A stretch of 62,896 nt of DNA, counting the filler, from Vannella sp. (Eukaryota): assembly GCA_023345925.1 (NCBI GenBank). It is 5 parts of 5 records of this genome, joined end to end, with 100 filler letters (N's around TTAATTAATTAA, not from the genome) between each part and the next. Parts side by side here need not be neighbours in the genome. Positions count along the whole stretch, not along the records: positions 1 to 13,651 come from JAJQQN010001385.1; positions 13,752 to 29,693 come from JAJQQN010000316.1; 3 more parts are not named here. One strand, given 5' to 3'. The notes under the pieces are model-generated. The model did no database searches. It saw nothing but the letters and a program-made list of their open reading frames with translations, and was not told the origin of the DNA. Shown here piece by piece: positions 11,140 through 24,900 of the stretch. The position numbers and the translations under genes are program-made. The stretch's first letter is position 1; the number at the start of each line of letters is the position of its first letter.

Positions 11140-13651
11140 CTAAAGTACCTCTTGTGGATATCTTCGCCTGCACCACACGCTGTTGGTGAGATTGACAGCC
11201 AATCTGCAAAGCTGCCCGAGTTCACTTTCTTTTGGTGCTTCCCTTGCTTTCTTCTCCGCTGCTGCGCGAGCGAGGGACATACTGTCAAAGATGTCAATCA
11301 TTCGGCACCACTTGCGGCAAATCCCTTCACTTTGGAAGAGTCTGGGCAACAGGAGATGAAGCAACACAACACCAAGCGAATAGAGATCGGACTGCGGGAA
11401 GCAACGAGCACCCTCAGTGCTCTCTGGTGCGGTGAAGCCAGGTGTACCGTTATCAAATGGGATCCGGCTGAGCGGGCCTGCCTGGAGTGAGTGACCGAAG
11501 TCACTCAAAACTGCTCGCCCATCCTCAGGATCCAGCAGGATGTTGGCCGTGCTCACATCAAAGTGGATGATGTGCAGTTGATGAAGACCACGCAGTGCTG
11601 CTCCGATCTCAAGCACGATCCGCCGAATGTCCACCAGCTCCATTGCAGAAATCGTCTCAATGTCGTTGAGTGGTTTCAAAACCGGCATGACCATCCCAAC
11701 GGATGGGGACTCAGTCAGGTCAACTTGGATCACATCCAGAAGAGGCACCACGTTGGGCACTCCTGCGCTGCAAGCCAGACGGTGGTTGAGTACTTCCTCA
11801 CTGATCTGGCTTTCATAATCACAAAAGTCTCGTAGCACCTTGACTGCCACTTGCTGCCCGACGGAGTTCTCAGTGCTCAGGATGAAGCATGGTTTGTGCG
11901 GCTCGTTGGCAATCTCCGTCCAGCTTTGAAAGCTGCACTGTTGCCTTGTTTGACCGCTGATGTCTGAGGGTGATGACGCACCTTTGCGCTTTGTCTTTGA
12001 GCTGCTGGAGGGATTCAGCTTACTTTGTGGCTTGGATGCTCCGGGAGTATGAAAAGTTATTGTGGCAATTTGCTGCTTTCCTATATGTTTAGAACTGTTA
12101 CCCACCAGATCTGCTGATTCCCCTAACAGCTGCTTGATAAGGACCATAGAAACGTAGGCGTACATCAGTGGCTCCAACCCGTCTCGAAGGTCCGGTGGCA
12201 GGACAATTCTTTTCACCAAATGAAATCCGGTGACCTCTTTGTAGTGGGCATTCATAACGTAGATGTCCATGCAAAGGCCCACTGTTTGGATCCCGAAGAC
12301 CCTTAGATTGTTTGGTGCTGCGCTTTTCATGAACCAGCGCGCAGCATCGTTGAATCCATCTTGCATAGACTTGGCCAGCTTTAGCCGATCTGCAGCCACT
12401 GCAGCACAGGAGTACCTAGCTTTTTCTTCCACAAACAGAGCTTCAAAGTGATCTCCGACGTGCCCTGGGATGGTGTATCGCACCATGATGTCTATTTTGC
12501 TGCCAATCTTGTTCTTTGGTTTGGGATCTTGATGGCTTGGTGTCATCTTGCGCGCTTGGGATGCTACGCTCATGCCCTCACCGCTCCTTACTTGTGGAAA
12601 CGGCTTCCCAGACATGCTTTCTACGAATGGGTCCAAAAAGCAGTTGCTAATGAGAGAGGTGTACAGCAGGCTGTGATAGCAGTCCTCCAAATTGTTCGTG
12701 TAATGAAAGGGATTGTTTGATTGCATCTGACTGAGACGCACCATCTGAGCGATCAAGCTGGCGAGCACCTCGTCATCAAACCATTCACTTTGGCCAACGG
12801 CATGCTGGCGATTATTGAGTGTGTCGAGAATGTTGTCCAAAAAATTCTTCCTGGCCTCAGCCGGACTAGTCTCTGTATCCAATTCAGCTTTTGCCAATCG
12901 GTGGAGGAGAACGTGAACCGGCAGCACCTCGCTTTCGTCAATAATACACTCCAATGCTCCTGCCAGTGGTTCACTGCCGTTGGCCATCTTGTCCTGATAC
13001 TCGCCAATTAGAGTTTTTTGTTCCTTACTCAGGGAAAAGTTGTTATCTTCTCGCTGCTTGCAGAGGTCTGTCATAAGATCAAACAGCGTATCTTCCTGTT
13101 TCAAAAGAGACAAGGCGAGGTGTGCTGGGCACTTGTAGCTCTCAGTGCGAAACGATGCTTGTTGGATGAGAAGGCCTGAAACAGCTCCAACAAAGTTCGG
13201 GTTCTTGTCGAGAAGATCCTCCAGTGAGGATTTCAGCTGATCATGGTTGGTATTCTCGAATAGAGATTGTAAGCGCTTCATTCCTTGACTCCTTTTTTGG
13301 GCTAATTCAATTTCTTCGAGATGGCTCAGAAGTGATGCTTTCCCATCACTTTTTTGCTCTCTCAGTTTCTGCCTCAGATTGTTGAAAGGTTTCTCCCAAA
13401 TCTCATCAAGAAGCTGTACGCCATGCGATTTCTCCTTCTTCCAATCCTTCTCGTCAGCCCAGAAGCAGCTTTCGGTATCAGAGTAATCCACAATGAAACT
13501 CTTGAAATAAGTGTCATTACCTATTTCAAGTTCTTCGTCAGGCATGTCGGGGAGAAAACCGCCAGTCTTGTTGATACTTGGGTGATGAGGTCGGTATTCA
13601 CGCTTTTCGCACTTTCTCTTGTGTTCTGCAAATGTGGATTTCAAGGTGGAT
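11140..13651 (-). CDS. Restriction-endonuclease-fold (PD-(D/E)xK) + Ser/Thr kinase protein, Crinkler/CR-effector-like; 5'-partial, intronless
   Basis: REase: SKIDIMVR..EALFVEEK..DRLKLAKSMQD..VFGIQTVG. Kinase: VAVK, HFDVSTANIL, DFG, GTPGFTAPE, SDLYSLG. The ORF is open up to the linker. Confidence 0.75.
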
Positions 13652-13751
13652 NNNNNNNNNNNNNNNNNNNNNNNNNNNNNNNNNNNNNNNNNNNNTTAAT
13701 TAATTAANNNNNNNNNNNNNNNNNNNNNNNNNNNNNNNNNNNNNNNNNNNN
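13652..13751. other. Artificial contig linker (N44-TTAATTAATTAA-N44)
   Basis: 100-nt spacer with stops in all six frames, identical at four places. Confidence 0.98.
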
Positions 13752-14439
13752 GGGGGACTATGACCAACTTGAAGCGCACCACTCTTACATTCAGTGGCTC
13801 TTCCCGATCTATGAAGGGCCTGGGGTGAACTGGAGTGCCTCCGCTCTCACCGAGGAAGAGTCCAAACGAATGAGAGCCAGTGAAGAGATCGGAGGGCGCT
13901 TTGTCAAGTCATATCAGATGATGCTGGACTTCTATGGAATGGAGCTTGACGACCTCGAAAGCGGAGAAGGTGGGTGAAACGGGTTCTCACTTCTGTTCTG
14001 CTGGTGACAACGAAGAGCAGTGAAGAGGAACGATCGTTGGAAAGAGCGCTACGAGAACTTGAACGAGAGATCTCACAACAACCTCCGCATAAGTGAGTGT
14101 CTGAGGCTTGCTTGCTGACTGCTCTAACCCACCATGCAGGCCGCATTCTTGCTTGCCTCGGTCACCTGGGATTCTGGCAGTGGAAGGTGAACTGGATAGA
14201 CTTCCTGGGGAAAGAGATTGAGCAGGGCCTACTGCCGGGATGCCGATCATCCTTCAAAGGCTTCTGGCTACCTTTGAAGGACAAAGAGTAAGAAACCAGA
14301 TGGACCCCCGTTGCTATCCAGCTGCTCACTAACACCTAACAGCCGCGATGAAGAGGAATGCGAACTCAGCTCGTGGCACTCCTCTCAATTCACAGCAAAG
14401 CCCACCAACGAAGATCCTTTCCCAAAAGAGCCTCTTTGA
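13752..14439 (+). CDS. Opioid growth factor receptor conserved-region (OGFr_N) protein, 5'-partial
   Basis: YDQLEAHHSYIQWLFP, SYQMMLDFYG, SHNNLRISRIL; three short GT-AG introns; TGA at 14437-14439. Confidence 0.85.
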
Positions 14440-14549
14440 AGTGGCCATGACACGGCTCCGTTTAAACAGAATATTTCATAATTAGGCCTTTTTGAATGAG
14501 TTTATCGGGATGGTGAGTGGGTCATTGTTTTTGAGGACGACAAGCCGTC

Positions 14550-16619
<2,070 letters not shown>

Positions 16620-16678
16620 GATGTCCGTATATACACTTTATTCTCCCTCTTTGCGATCTGGTCGTCCGTCTTGGACGC

Positions 16679-17320
16679 TCAACAGGAGCACCCATCAGCT
16701 GGTGGGTCAGCCTTTCGGCTTCGCTGGGTCTCAAGCTTGATGGTGTTGGGATTGTCCTGCTTCTCCAAGGAGGGTGCAGGGTGCTGCTGAGCATAGACTG
16801 TGGCAATCCGTGAAAGAATATCATGGAAGACGCGTTCCACGTTGGTGGCGTCCTTGGCGCTCACTTGGTAGTACTCCGTGTTGAAGGCTTTGTCCATCCG
16901 TGCCTCAGCGATCTCTTCTGACGGAACGGCGTTCTCTCCCAGGTCGATCTTGTTGCCAATAACGGAGAAGGGGAAGGTGACCGTGTCCTCCACGCTTCCG
17001 TGATTGAGGAACTCGTCACGCCACACGGACACGTTGTCGTACGTCTTGCGAGCAGCAACATCGTAAACAATAATACAGCCATCCGCTCCACGATAGAAAG
17101 CAGAACCTAACCCGCGGAAACGCTCCTGGCCAGCCGTATCCCAAAGCTGCAAGGTCACGCTGCGCCCGTTGATCGTCATCTCCTTTGTGAGAAAGTCAGA
17201 CCCGATCGTCGCCTTGTACGTGTCACCAAAGTGGTCCTTGATAAAGCGATCCAAAAGAGAAGTCTTCCCAACACCTGAGTCCCCCACCATGATGACCTTC
17301 AGGCAAAGGCGCTTCTCCAT
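16679..17320 (-). CDS. RAB7: Rab7-family GTPase (intronless)
   Basis: GDSGVGKTS, YKATIGSDF, WDTAGQERF, AFYRGADGC, FPFSVIGNKID, C-terminal GCSC. Confidence 0.9.
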   Translation of the reverse strand: MEKRLCLKVIMVGDSGVGKTSLLDRFIKDHFGDTYKATIGSDFLTKEMTINGRSVTLQLWDTAGQERFRGLGSAFYRGADGCIIVYDVAARKTYDNVSVWRDEFLNHGSVEDTVTFPFSVIGNKIDLGENAVPSEEIAEARMDKAFNTEYYQVSAKDATNVERVFHDILSRIATVYAQQHPAPSLEKQDNPNTIKLETQRSRKADPPADGCSC

Positions 17321-17686
17321 GACCAGAGACCGTGGAAAATGCCCAAATCTTGCAATCATCAGTCATTATCAATCAAGGCTGAGTTTTAACTTTAATCCTT
17401 CAAAGGGGAGCTAAACACGCAGTCACTCCTGAGGACTCTCCAAAGAGAAAATCCACGACTGAAGGGGAAGAGGGGGCAGAACTTGTGTTTGTGTAGCTTG
17501 CCCTGATGACCTCCATCTTCTCAGGATAAGCTTTTGGACTGATTTCATTTTTTCACTTTTTGGATGTTTGAGTACCAAAACAAGGGGAAATGCCCTCGCT
17601 GTGACTTCTCTCAAATCAACCACTCCATTTGGAGACACCTCCCAGTTTCTAGATTGATAAGGGCGATTGGAAAGTTCATTCTTTAG

Positions 17687-18622
17687 ATGGCGGTGGGGAG
17701 GAAAGGGGCGTCTGATCCGTCTTTGTTGGTGGTGGTGTTGGATACGAATCCCTTGTTTTGGGCGATGAGGGAGAGGGATGCGAGCTTGACCTTGTTGAGG
17801 TACAAGGAAGTGGTGGAGCAGATGCTGCTGTTTGTCCATTCTTTCTTGATGTTGCATGCTGAGAACCGTCTTGCTCTCATCTCCAACCACCCTTCAAGGA
17901 CCAGCTTCCTGTTTCCCGTTTCTCCAGAGGCGTCTGAAGATACCCAGATCCCCTTCCTCAACCAATCCCGTTCCATCCGCGAGAAATTAGCTCAAGTAGG
18001 CCAAGGGGAGAACTCGACACAGCCCTCCCAGTTCAGTGCAGCACTCTCACTCGCTCTTTGCTACATCAATCGAGTCAAGAAGGCCGAACTCTTCGCCAAC
18101 CAGCTGGATTATCGCATCCTTGTGATACAAGGAACTCCCGACAGCCCCGCTCAGTACATCCCCTTGATGAACTCCATCTTCTCTGCGCAGAAGATCAACG
18201 TACTCGTGGATGCGTGCGTGATCAGTTCGTCAGAGAGCGGTTTCCTTCAGCAGGCCACGGACCTGACTGGTGGAGTGTACCTCAGAGTGCCAGAAGAGCA
18301 GCAGAGATCACTTCTCCAGTACCTTCTCACCCTATTCCTCCCCGACAAGAAGACACGCCAATGTCTCAGTCGCCCAATGCAGACTCAAGTCGACTTTCGA
18401 GCTTCCTGCTTCTGTCATCGCCGCACGATTGACCTGGGCTTCGTTTGTTCCGTCTGTCTTTCCATATTCTGTCAGCCCATGTCCCGCTGCACCACCTGTT
18501 CCACCAAGTTTGCCCTTCCTCGCTTGCAAGTCCAACCACCCTCTGGCACCCCACAGAAAGGCATCAATCCAGAACCAAAGAACGACAAAGGTATCAAGCC
18601 AGAGCCAATGGATGAGACTTAA
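17687..18622 (+). CDS. TFB4: TFIIH subunit p34/Tfb4 (GTF2H3)
   Basis: SLLVVVLDTNP, ALSLALCYINR, QYIPLMNSIFSAQK, VDFRASCFCH..GFVCSVCLSIFC..CTTC. Confidence 0.95.
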   Translation: MAVGRKGASDPSLLVVVLDTNPLFWAMRERDASLTLLRYKEVVEQMLLFVHSFLMLHAENRLALISNHPSRTSFLFPVSPEASEDTQIPFLNQSRSIREKLAQVGQGENSTQPSQFSAALSLALCYINRVKKAELFANQLDYRILVIQGTPDSPAQYIPLMNSIFSAQKINVLVDACVISSSESGFLQQATDLTGGVYLRVPEEQQRSLLQYLLTLFLPDKKTRQCLSRPMQTQVDFRASCFCHRRTIDLGFVCSVCLSIFCQPMSRCTTCSTKFALPRLQVQPPSGTPQKGINPEPKNDKGIKPEPMDET

Positions 18623-18704
18623 TGTATACCTTTCGTGAACGCGAGAAAGACCAAGCGAAGAGGGAACCTCGAAGTGACTTGGAAGAATCATTTTTTCCTG
18701 GCCG

Positions 18705-19517
18705 ATGGGGGACGGCTGCTTCTTGGGGGTGGAAGAGGACATTTCTACACTGGTGGATGAGTACAAAGGAGGCACAGATATCCAAAGGGCGAAGGTCCAG
18801 GTGAGTGGAGTGGCAGAGACGGAAAATGGGCTAAGGAGGAGGGGCGAGTATTTAAGCACCCAGTACGCGCTCATTCAGAGAGTGAAAGGGGATGGAAACT
18901 GTTTTCTTCGTGCCTTTGCATTTGGACTTCTCCGTTACGTGGGAAGTGCACCAGAGGGGGAGCAGTTGGACCAATTAGTGTCCTTCTTCCGAGAGAGCAA
19001 AGATGTCCTGCTCAGCGAGGGCTTCTCCGAGTTCATTGAAGACTTCTGGGAGGGTAAGCAGACCAACACACTTCTTCTCTGTCTGATCGCTGGGAACGGG
19101 CCAGTGCTCATGGAGCAATTGGTGATCGCCCGAGGCTCAGGCGCTGACGCCTCCAGCAAGGCAGCAGAGTTGGTGAACAGCGATGAATCAGACTACGTTG
19201 TATGCTACCTTCGATTGCTTATCTCTGGCCATCTCAAGCGACACAGCAACGAGTTCCAAGCCTTCCTTGAGGCAGGGCAAAGTGTCACAGAATTCTGTTT
19301 GAAGGAAGTGGAGCCCATGGCAGTGGAAAGCGACCAGATCCACATCATTGCACTGAGTCAGCAGCTAGCTGGCGTGCTGCCTGCATCTGTGAGCATCGAG
19401 TATCTTGATCTCTCCGATTCGGAATGCACCAACCACTTTAGCTTTCCCGAAGGCCTCCCTCCCTTCCTGTTCCTTCTCTATCGCCCTGGACACTACGATA
19501 TCCTCCTACCCAAGTGA
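18705..19517 (+). CDS. OTUB1: Otubain-type deubiquitinase (peptidase C65)
   Basis: RVKGDGNCFLRAF and LLYRPGHYDIL catalytic motifs; two in-frame stopless introns, 18801-18848 and 19054-19104. Confidence 0.92.
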   Translation: MGDGCFLGVEEDISTLVDEYKGGTDIQRAKVQVSGVAETENGLRRRGEYLSTQYALIQRVKGDGNCFLRAFAFGLLRYVGSAPEGEQLDQLVSFFRESKDVLLSEGFSEFIEDFWEGKQTNTLLLCLIAGNGPVLMEQLVIARGSGADASSKAAELVNSDESDYVVCYLRLLISGHLKRHSNEFQAFLEAGQSVTEFCLKEVEPMAVESDQIHIIALSQQLAGVLPASVSIEYLDLSDSECTNHFSFPEGLPPFLFLLYRPGHYDILLPK

Positions 19518-19761
19518 AGACAATTCTAAGAACTCTCCGGTTGAACAGGAAGCAGTTCCAGCAGCGGACTTCCTCTCAGAATGAAGACTCGAATCACTGG
19601 CAAGCCTAGTTTGGGTGTTTTGGAGCGGAATAGCAACCCACATCACGGCAGGAAAGAGTGAGCGCTTATTGGACAGCCTACCGAAGAGGAAAGCGACCTT
19701 CAGAGAAGTGACTTGGAGGAGATCTTTCGGGGAGCGAGTCCCAAGTGTTCGAAGGGAGTCC

Positions 19762-20903
19762 TTATATCGGATGGGGGATAGTATGGGATAGGAGAGGATC
19801 CCACTGAGCCCCATACTGGTTCAGTAGTGCCACTAATTCGGAAGAGACGTGATTCCCTTTCTCCTCCTCCTCAGTGAGAGGCCCATCTGGCAATGTGGAG
19901 TACACAGGGATTAGTGTAGGATCAGCCCTATTCTCTAGCAGTAGTCGAACCACGTCTACGGAAGGCGAATCCTGCGTGAGGCTCAGTCCAAGCGGCGTTT
20001 GAAAATGATAGAATGCGTTGACGTCCGCTCCTTCCGTCAACAAAACCTGAATGCAGTCTAAATCGTCACTTGCAATGGCAAGGTGAAGTGGCCGCTGGGA
20101 CTTTGGTTAGTAACGAAGTCAATAGCTGCCAGAATGCTCACCCGGCCCCAGAGGTCTTCCGCTTCAAGGTCAGCAGCGTGCTCTAAAAGTATGAGGACCG
20201 ATTCCACTGTCTTTGAAGCACATGCGATGTGTAATGGCCGTCCCCAAATGTTGGAGAGACCGTTGGGGTCCGCTTGGAGCTCTAGTAACCGGAGAATGCT
20301 GCGGGGTTGTTTGTGTGACGCGGCAATGCACAAGAGAGTGCTCGCGTGGGTTGTTGTTTCTGTGCTATCTGCTCCCCAAGCTCGTTCTAAGAGAGTTCCT
20401 GTAATGCCGTGTTGGCAATAGAAGCTCAGATGCTCACTGGCAGGTACCTGGCGGAGACAAGCGGCCCACTGGCCTCTGAAAGCTTTCCAATCGAAGTCTT
20501 CTTCAACTTCTGTTTGCCTGGGGAAGAGCTGAGAGGATGTGAGTGATTGCCACAGCCATCTTAAGGCCAAGTTAGATCAGAGCATCAAGCTGAAGAGAGC
20601 GTACGAGTCGTTTGCTATCCGGTTCAGCTTGCGGTTCACCTGGGACACTTGGCAGATGTCCTCAGGGTCAAGCAAGGCCATGATATCCAAGAGAATGGGC
20701 TCTGGCAGTGCAAGAAACTCATTCACTTCCTCCTCCGCAGCCCTCACTTCCGTCTCTGCCCTCACGGGACCTTTCTCAGGTTCCTCAGGCTCTACTAGAC
20801 CAACCTCCCCTCTTTTAGAAGCTCTCCAAACCCTCCCAAGCCAAATCCCAACGAAGAAAGCCAACACAGGAGCCCCCATCGCCATCAACCAAAACAGAAC
20901 CAT
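19762..20903 (-). CDS. N-terminal TM + F-box + ankyrin-repeat protein
   Basis: Hydrophobic N-terminus; F-box FLALPEPILLDIMALLDPEDICQVSQVNRKLNRIAND..W; ankyrins GRPLHIAC..LLEHAADLEAED and QTPLGL..LLLENRADP; two inferred introns. Confidence 0.8.
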
Positions 20904-20930
20904 CCCAACACGAGGCGGGGGTGAAATGAA

Positions 20931-20960
20931 GGGGAAATGGGGTGAAATGAAGGGGAAATG
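20931..20960. promoter_or_regulatory. Candidate promoter motif CATTTCCCC/GGGGAAATG (two copies here)
   Basis: The same 9-mer also occurs at 17584, 21941, 43621 and 43641, always intergenic and within ~100 nt of an ATG. Confidence 0.45.
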
Positions 20961-20996
20961 CGAGTGAAATGGATAGTCTTCATTGCTTGACCTGTT

Positions 20997-21905
20997 TTAC
21001 ATGATGGAGCACTTCTTATCGTCCTCTGTCCCGCCCTCCGAAGGCAGAGGAAGTGACATACCGGTGGGTGACTCGAGGTGCTTCATACTCTCTTTGCGCT
21101 CGTCCAGGTGATCGACAATGACAAAGTAGTACAGCTCGAACTCTTCCTTGCTGATCTTGTGGAAGATGTTCAGGTTGAACATGGCCAGGTGGTTGAAGAT
21201 GTCGCATTCGTTGATTCCCATCAAATAGCCGAACCGAATGAACTCTTGCCAGCTTACGTGCGTTGCTGTGTAGCTCCGTGCCACCACCTCGAACATGGCA
21301 TCCATATGCAGGTATCTGTAGCCATCCAAGGATGTTAATCACTGAAAGGAGGGCGGCGAAGGACCGTTCGTACAGGAATTGGCGGGCATTGCCTGATTCA
21401 AGCGCTGCAATCAGCGAGAAGAGCAAGAAGAACACCTTAAAGCCGATATGGCCGTTATCTTCGAAGTCTAGAAGCCCCACACAATGAGAGAACGCCAGTC
21501 AGAGCTCAAACGACTCGTACCGAAGATATCAAACATCTCTACGATCTGGTAGTCGCGTAGATCTGTTAGCCGACGCATGAAGTGGATAAACTGGTTCTCA
21601 GAGAAGGTCCCCTTCGTCGCAATGGACTCTTCGTGGAAGAACTTTTGACAGTTCTTGAAACCCATGTCTGTGTAGAGCAGGTTGAAGTAAGACAGCATCT
21701 TCTCGTTTCCGTAACTGTAGATAAGTGTGACTGGCTTGTTCTCAGCCTCCTTCCCCGGTGGACCAGCAGGAGAAGCGACGCGAGGTGTTGGCGCCGCGGA
21801 AACTCGGGGCGTCATCACTTTCCGAGGTGTTTTGCCAAGAGAGGCACTCCCTGGGATACTCAGTATCTTCATGATGAACTCGTGGTCCACCCGCATGACG
21901 CTCAT
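20997..21905 (-). CDS. EFCAB9-like EF-hand protein with C-terminal CaaX (KKCSIM)
   Basis: The spliced product FIHFMRRLTDLRDYQIVEMFDIFDFEDNGHIGFKVFFLLFSLIAALESGNARQFLYLH...EEFELYYFVIVD is collinear with mammalian EFCAB9 as recalled; two short introns. Confidence 0.7.
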
Positions 21906-21968
21906 TCCTCCCCACCTCCTAAATAATGACCAAACTAGAACATTTCCCCTTGGCCCTGCCTTTCGCCC

Positions 21969-24900
21969 ATGTTCGTCGGGGTGATCCTCACGGCGACGGC
22001 TACGTTTGTGGTGGTTGCTACGTTGTTATGGAACCAGTTGATGACACACAGGAAGAAGAGACAGCAACGCCTCCGAAGCTTGAGCTCGCGTTTGCCCCAA
22101 GTTCAAACGTTGGACCCTCAGAAGCTGGAACGCCGTCGCTTGCGTATCCTGGAGCGCTCTCGTAGTAGAGAGAAGTCTAGTTCTGGTCCTTTGGCGTACA
22201 GCCTGTCCCTGACTTCAGAAGCAATGCATGTTCCTTCCCCCGCCACTTCCTCTGACGAGGAGACCTCTCCTGAGGTCCATAGGAACGGAGCAGCGTACCT
22301 CACATCTCTAGGAGAGCGAGGAGCTATGGAGGAGTCGAAGGCAATGGATGGGACTGCTTCTTTGGGCTATCGCCAAGACGACGACGGTTACGGGGCTCTC
22401 AGTGACGATGAGCCAGCAGCTGTACTACCCCCTTCATCACACTTCCGACCACATGGTGACAGAAGCGGTCTCGGGATAAAGCCTCCTGCGGAGCAGTGCG
22501 TTGAGAGAGAGTGCCCCGCTTTGCTCCCTTCAAGAGCCAACTCTTCCGAGGCTCAGGGAGGTTACTCGCTTCTCCAATCTCTTGTCAAGAAGAAGAACAG
22601 AGAGGCCATGCGAGGGTACAAGATCTACACAGGAAAGGAGCACACTGTGACCCCTCACAGCCCATTGCAAGACCTGGAACTGAGCAGCTCGTCCACAGAA
22701 TACTCCATGATACACGCAAGCAATAGGGCTGTTGGTTCCTCCGATGAAGAGCCCGATGAAATGACCTTGTCCAGGGACAGTGTCACTGAAACTCCAGGAA
22801 CTCACTCAGACTCTGATTCTGACACAAGCCGTCTCCCTGACTCGTACAAGTATCTGAGAAAGAAACCAGCTGCACAGTCGACCAAGATGGCGTGCTATCA
22901 GAACCCTTATTCCAGTGAGACCTACGCACACCTTGATACTCGGCATCCTTCCTCAGACGATCTCTCCTTCCTGGGCAGGCATCGCTCCGAGTCAGAGAGG
23001 CCCAGAAAACACGCCGAGTCGCTGGACAACATTCTGAGATCGTTTGAAGAGAGCCCGAATCTTCCTATTCGGCGAAACTTGCATCGAAAGAAGAACTCTG
23101 TGGAGCTGCGCAAGAAGAATGCAGCTTATGGGACTGCAGAGTCACTCCAGGAGGGCCTTAAAGTGGCGGAAAGCGCTCCCATCTATGTTCCACCGAAAGT
23201 CGAGACACTTAGGCTGGATCGCCGGGTTAGCTTTGGGGAGTCAAGCTCTCCGAAGAGAAGGAAAAGGTCTTGTACCACGGATCGAATGCTCCGCTTGAGT
23301 GAAGAGCGCTGCCGGAATCGAGATATCGTCCCTGAGAACACTCACGATGACTTTGATCATCTCCTGGACGGTGTGGACCTTCACGACTGGAACGAACGCT
23401 TCCAACGCATCATGGTGACCATTCGCAAGTTCACCTGCAACACAGCCATCGGCCTGCAAATCAAAGCGAACCGAGCGTTGATCCATCTGGCACAGGACTT
23501 TATCTATGCGTCATCCACGTACGGTAAAATCATCATTTCAGAGGTCTACTCGGCGGAGAAGACGATCAAACCCATCAATCTGGGTGGAAAGCTTGGTGGG
23601 ACCAAGTATATTGTTCAGAATATCCTTTTTAAGTTCGCTGTGGATGAAAGCGGCTTGTATTCGGACTATGCTGCTGCTAAGGTGGCTGGGCATGAGATTA
23701 AGGGGCTCATTAACTACTTCAATTGCAATATTGAGGACCTTTGCCTCCCATTAATGTCTCTGGTCGATTACAGAGGATTCCGCTTGATTGCAATGAGCAT
23801 TCTTCCCATCAGGGGCTCAGAGACCATAATTTATGGAAGTGACAACTACGGGGAGACTATTCATAACAAAGACTTTGCTCTCCAATCACTCCTCAAGAAA
23901 GCCGCCCGAATGATGAACATCAAAGAACACCAATGCGGCACAAACACGACTTTCAGTAGCTCTCTTTGCTCCCCTGCCGATCTGGAAGGGCATCTTGGAA
24001 CAGATAATCGGTTCTACTTACTTGACTTCTCTCGGGTGTTGCCCCCAGAGACTCCAGTGAAGGGAATCCAAAATGCCCATTTGTATCGACTCTTGCGGCC
24101 GGAGCACGTCAAGCTCAATTCCACTCCTCTGTGCAGCGATGCCTTCTCCGGATTCATTGCTAACTTCAACTTTAAAGAAGACAACCGTGAGGCCGTTCAG
24201 TCGACGAACAAGCTCATTGCCGAGACCATTCCTGAATTCGCGGTGGATTTGACTTCGATGATGATGGAAGCTCGTGATAAGGGTCGACTCGAGAGCTTCC
24301 GTCTGACAGAGGCCATTCATCGTCAGGGCATCAACGTGCGGTATATTGGTTTGCTCCGGAAGTACATAATGGAGTTGGACTGCCGTACGTTCCTCCTAGT
24401 GGAGATGGCGGCCCGAATAGTCAAAAACAAACTGAGAAAGCTCCTCAGAAAGAAGATGAAAGAGCTCAAGGTACCATTAGAAGAGCCCTATCGTAGGCTA
24501 GTCATCTCCTATCTCAACTTGGTCCTCGGTGACAGCGATGCTAGCGAAGAGTATTGGACCAATAACCTGAAAAAGTCACTTCAACGCACATTCATTGGGG
24601 GACTGAGCCAGCAAGAGAATGAGGAGTCTTTCTCACTCAAATCCTCTCTCAATAACTTTTCAAATGACAGGACAGATGGCAAACTGCTCCTCTTCATCCG
24701 CTTGCAGAAGATGACGGGTTTGCGTTTCACTAACCGGGTTAATGAGGAGTTCACCCAAAACCCCAATAATTGGGCCCCTCGTGGTGCTCAGCCTCTGGAT
24801 GAGACAGATCTCGAAGATATTGGGCTTCGAGTGAAGCACATGAATATCATCAGTCACGCACAAGGCTTTGTTCTTCAAATGAAAGGCGCGATGGCTTGGG

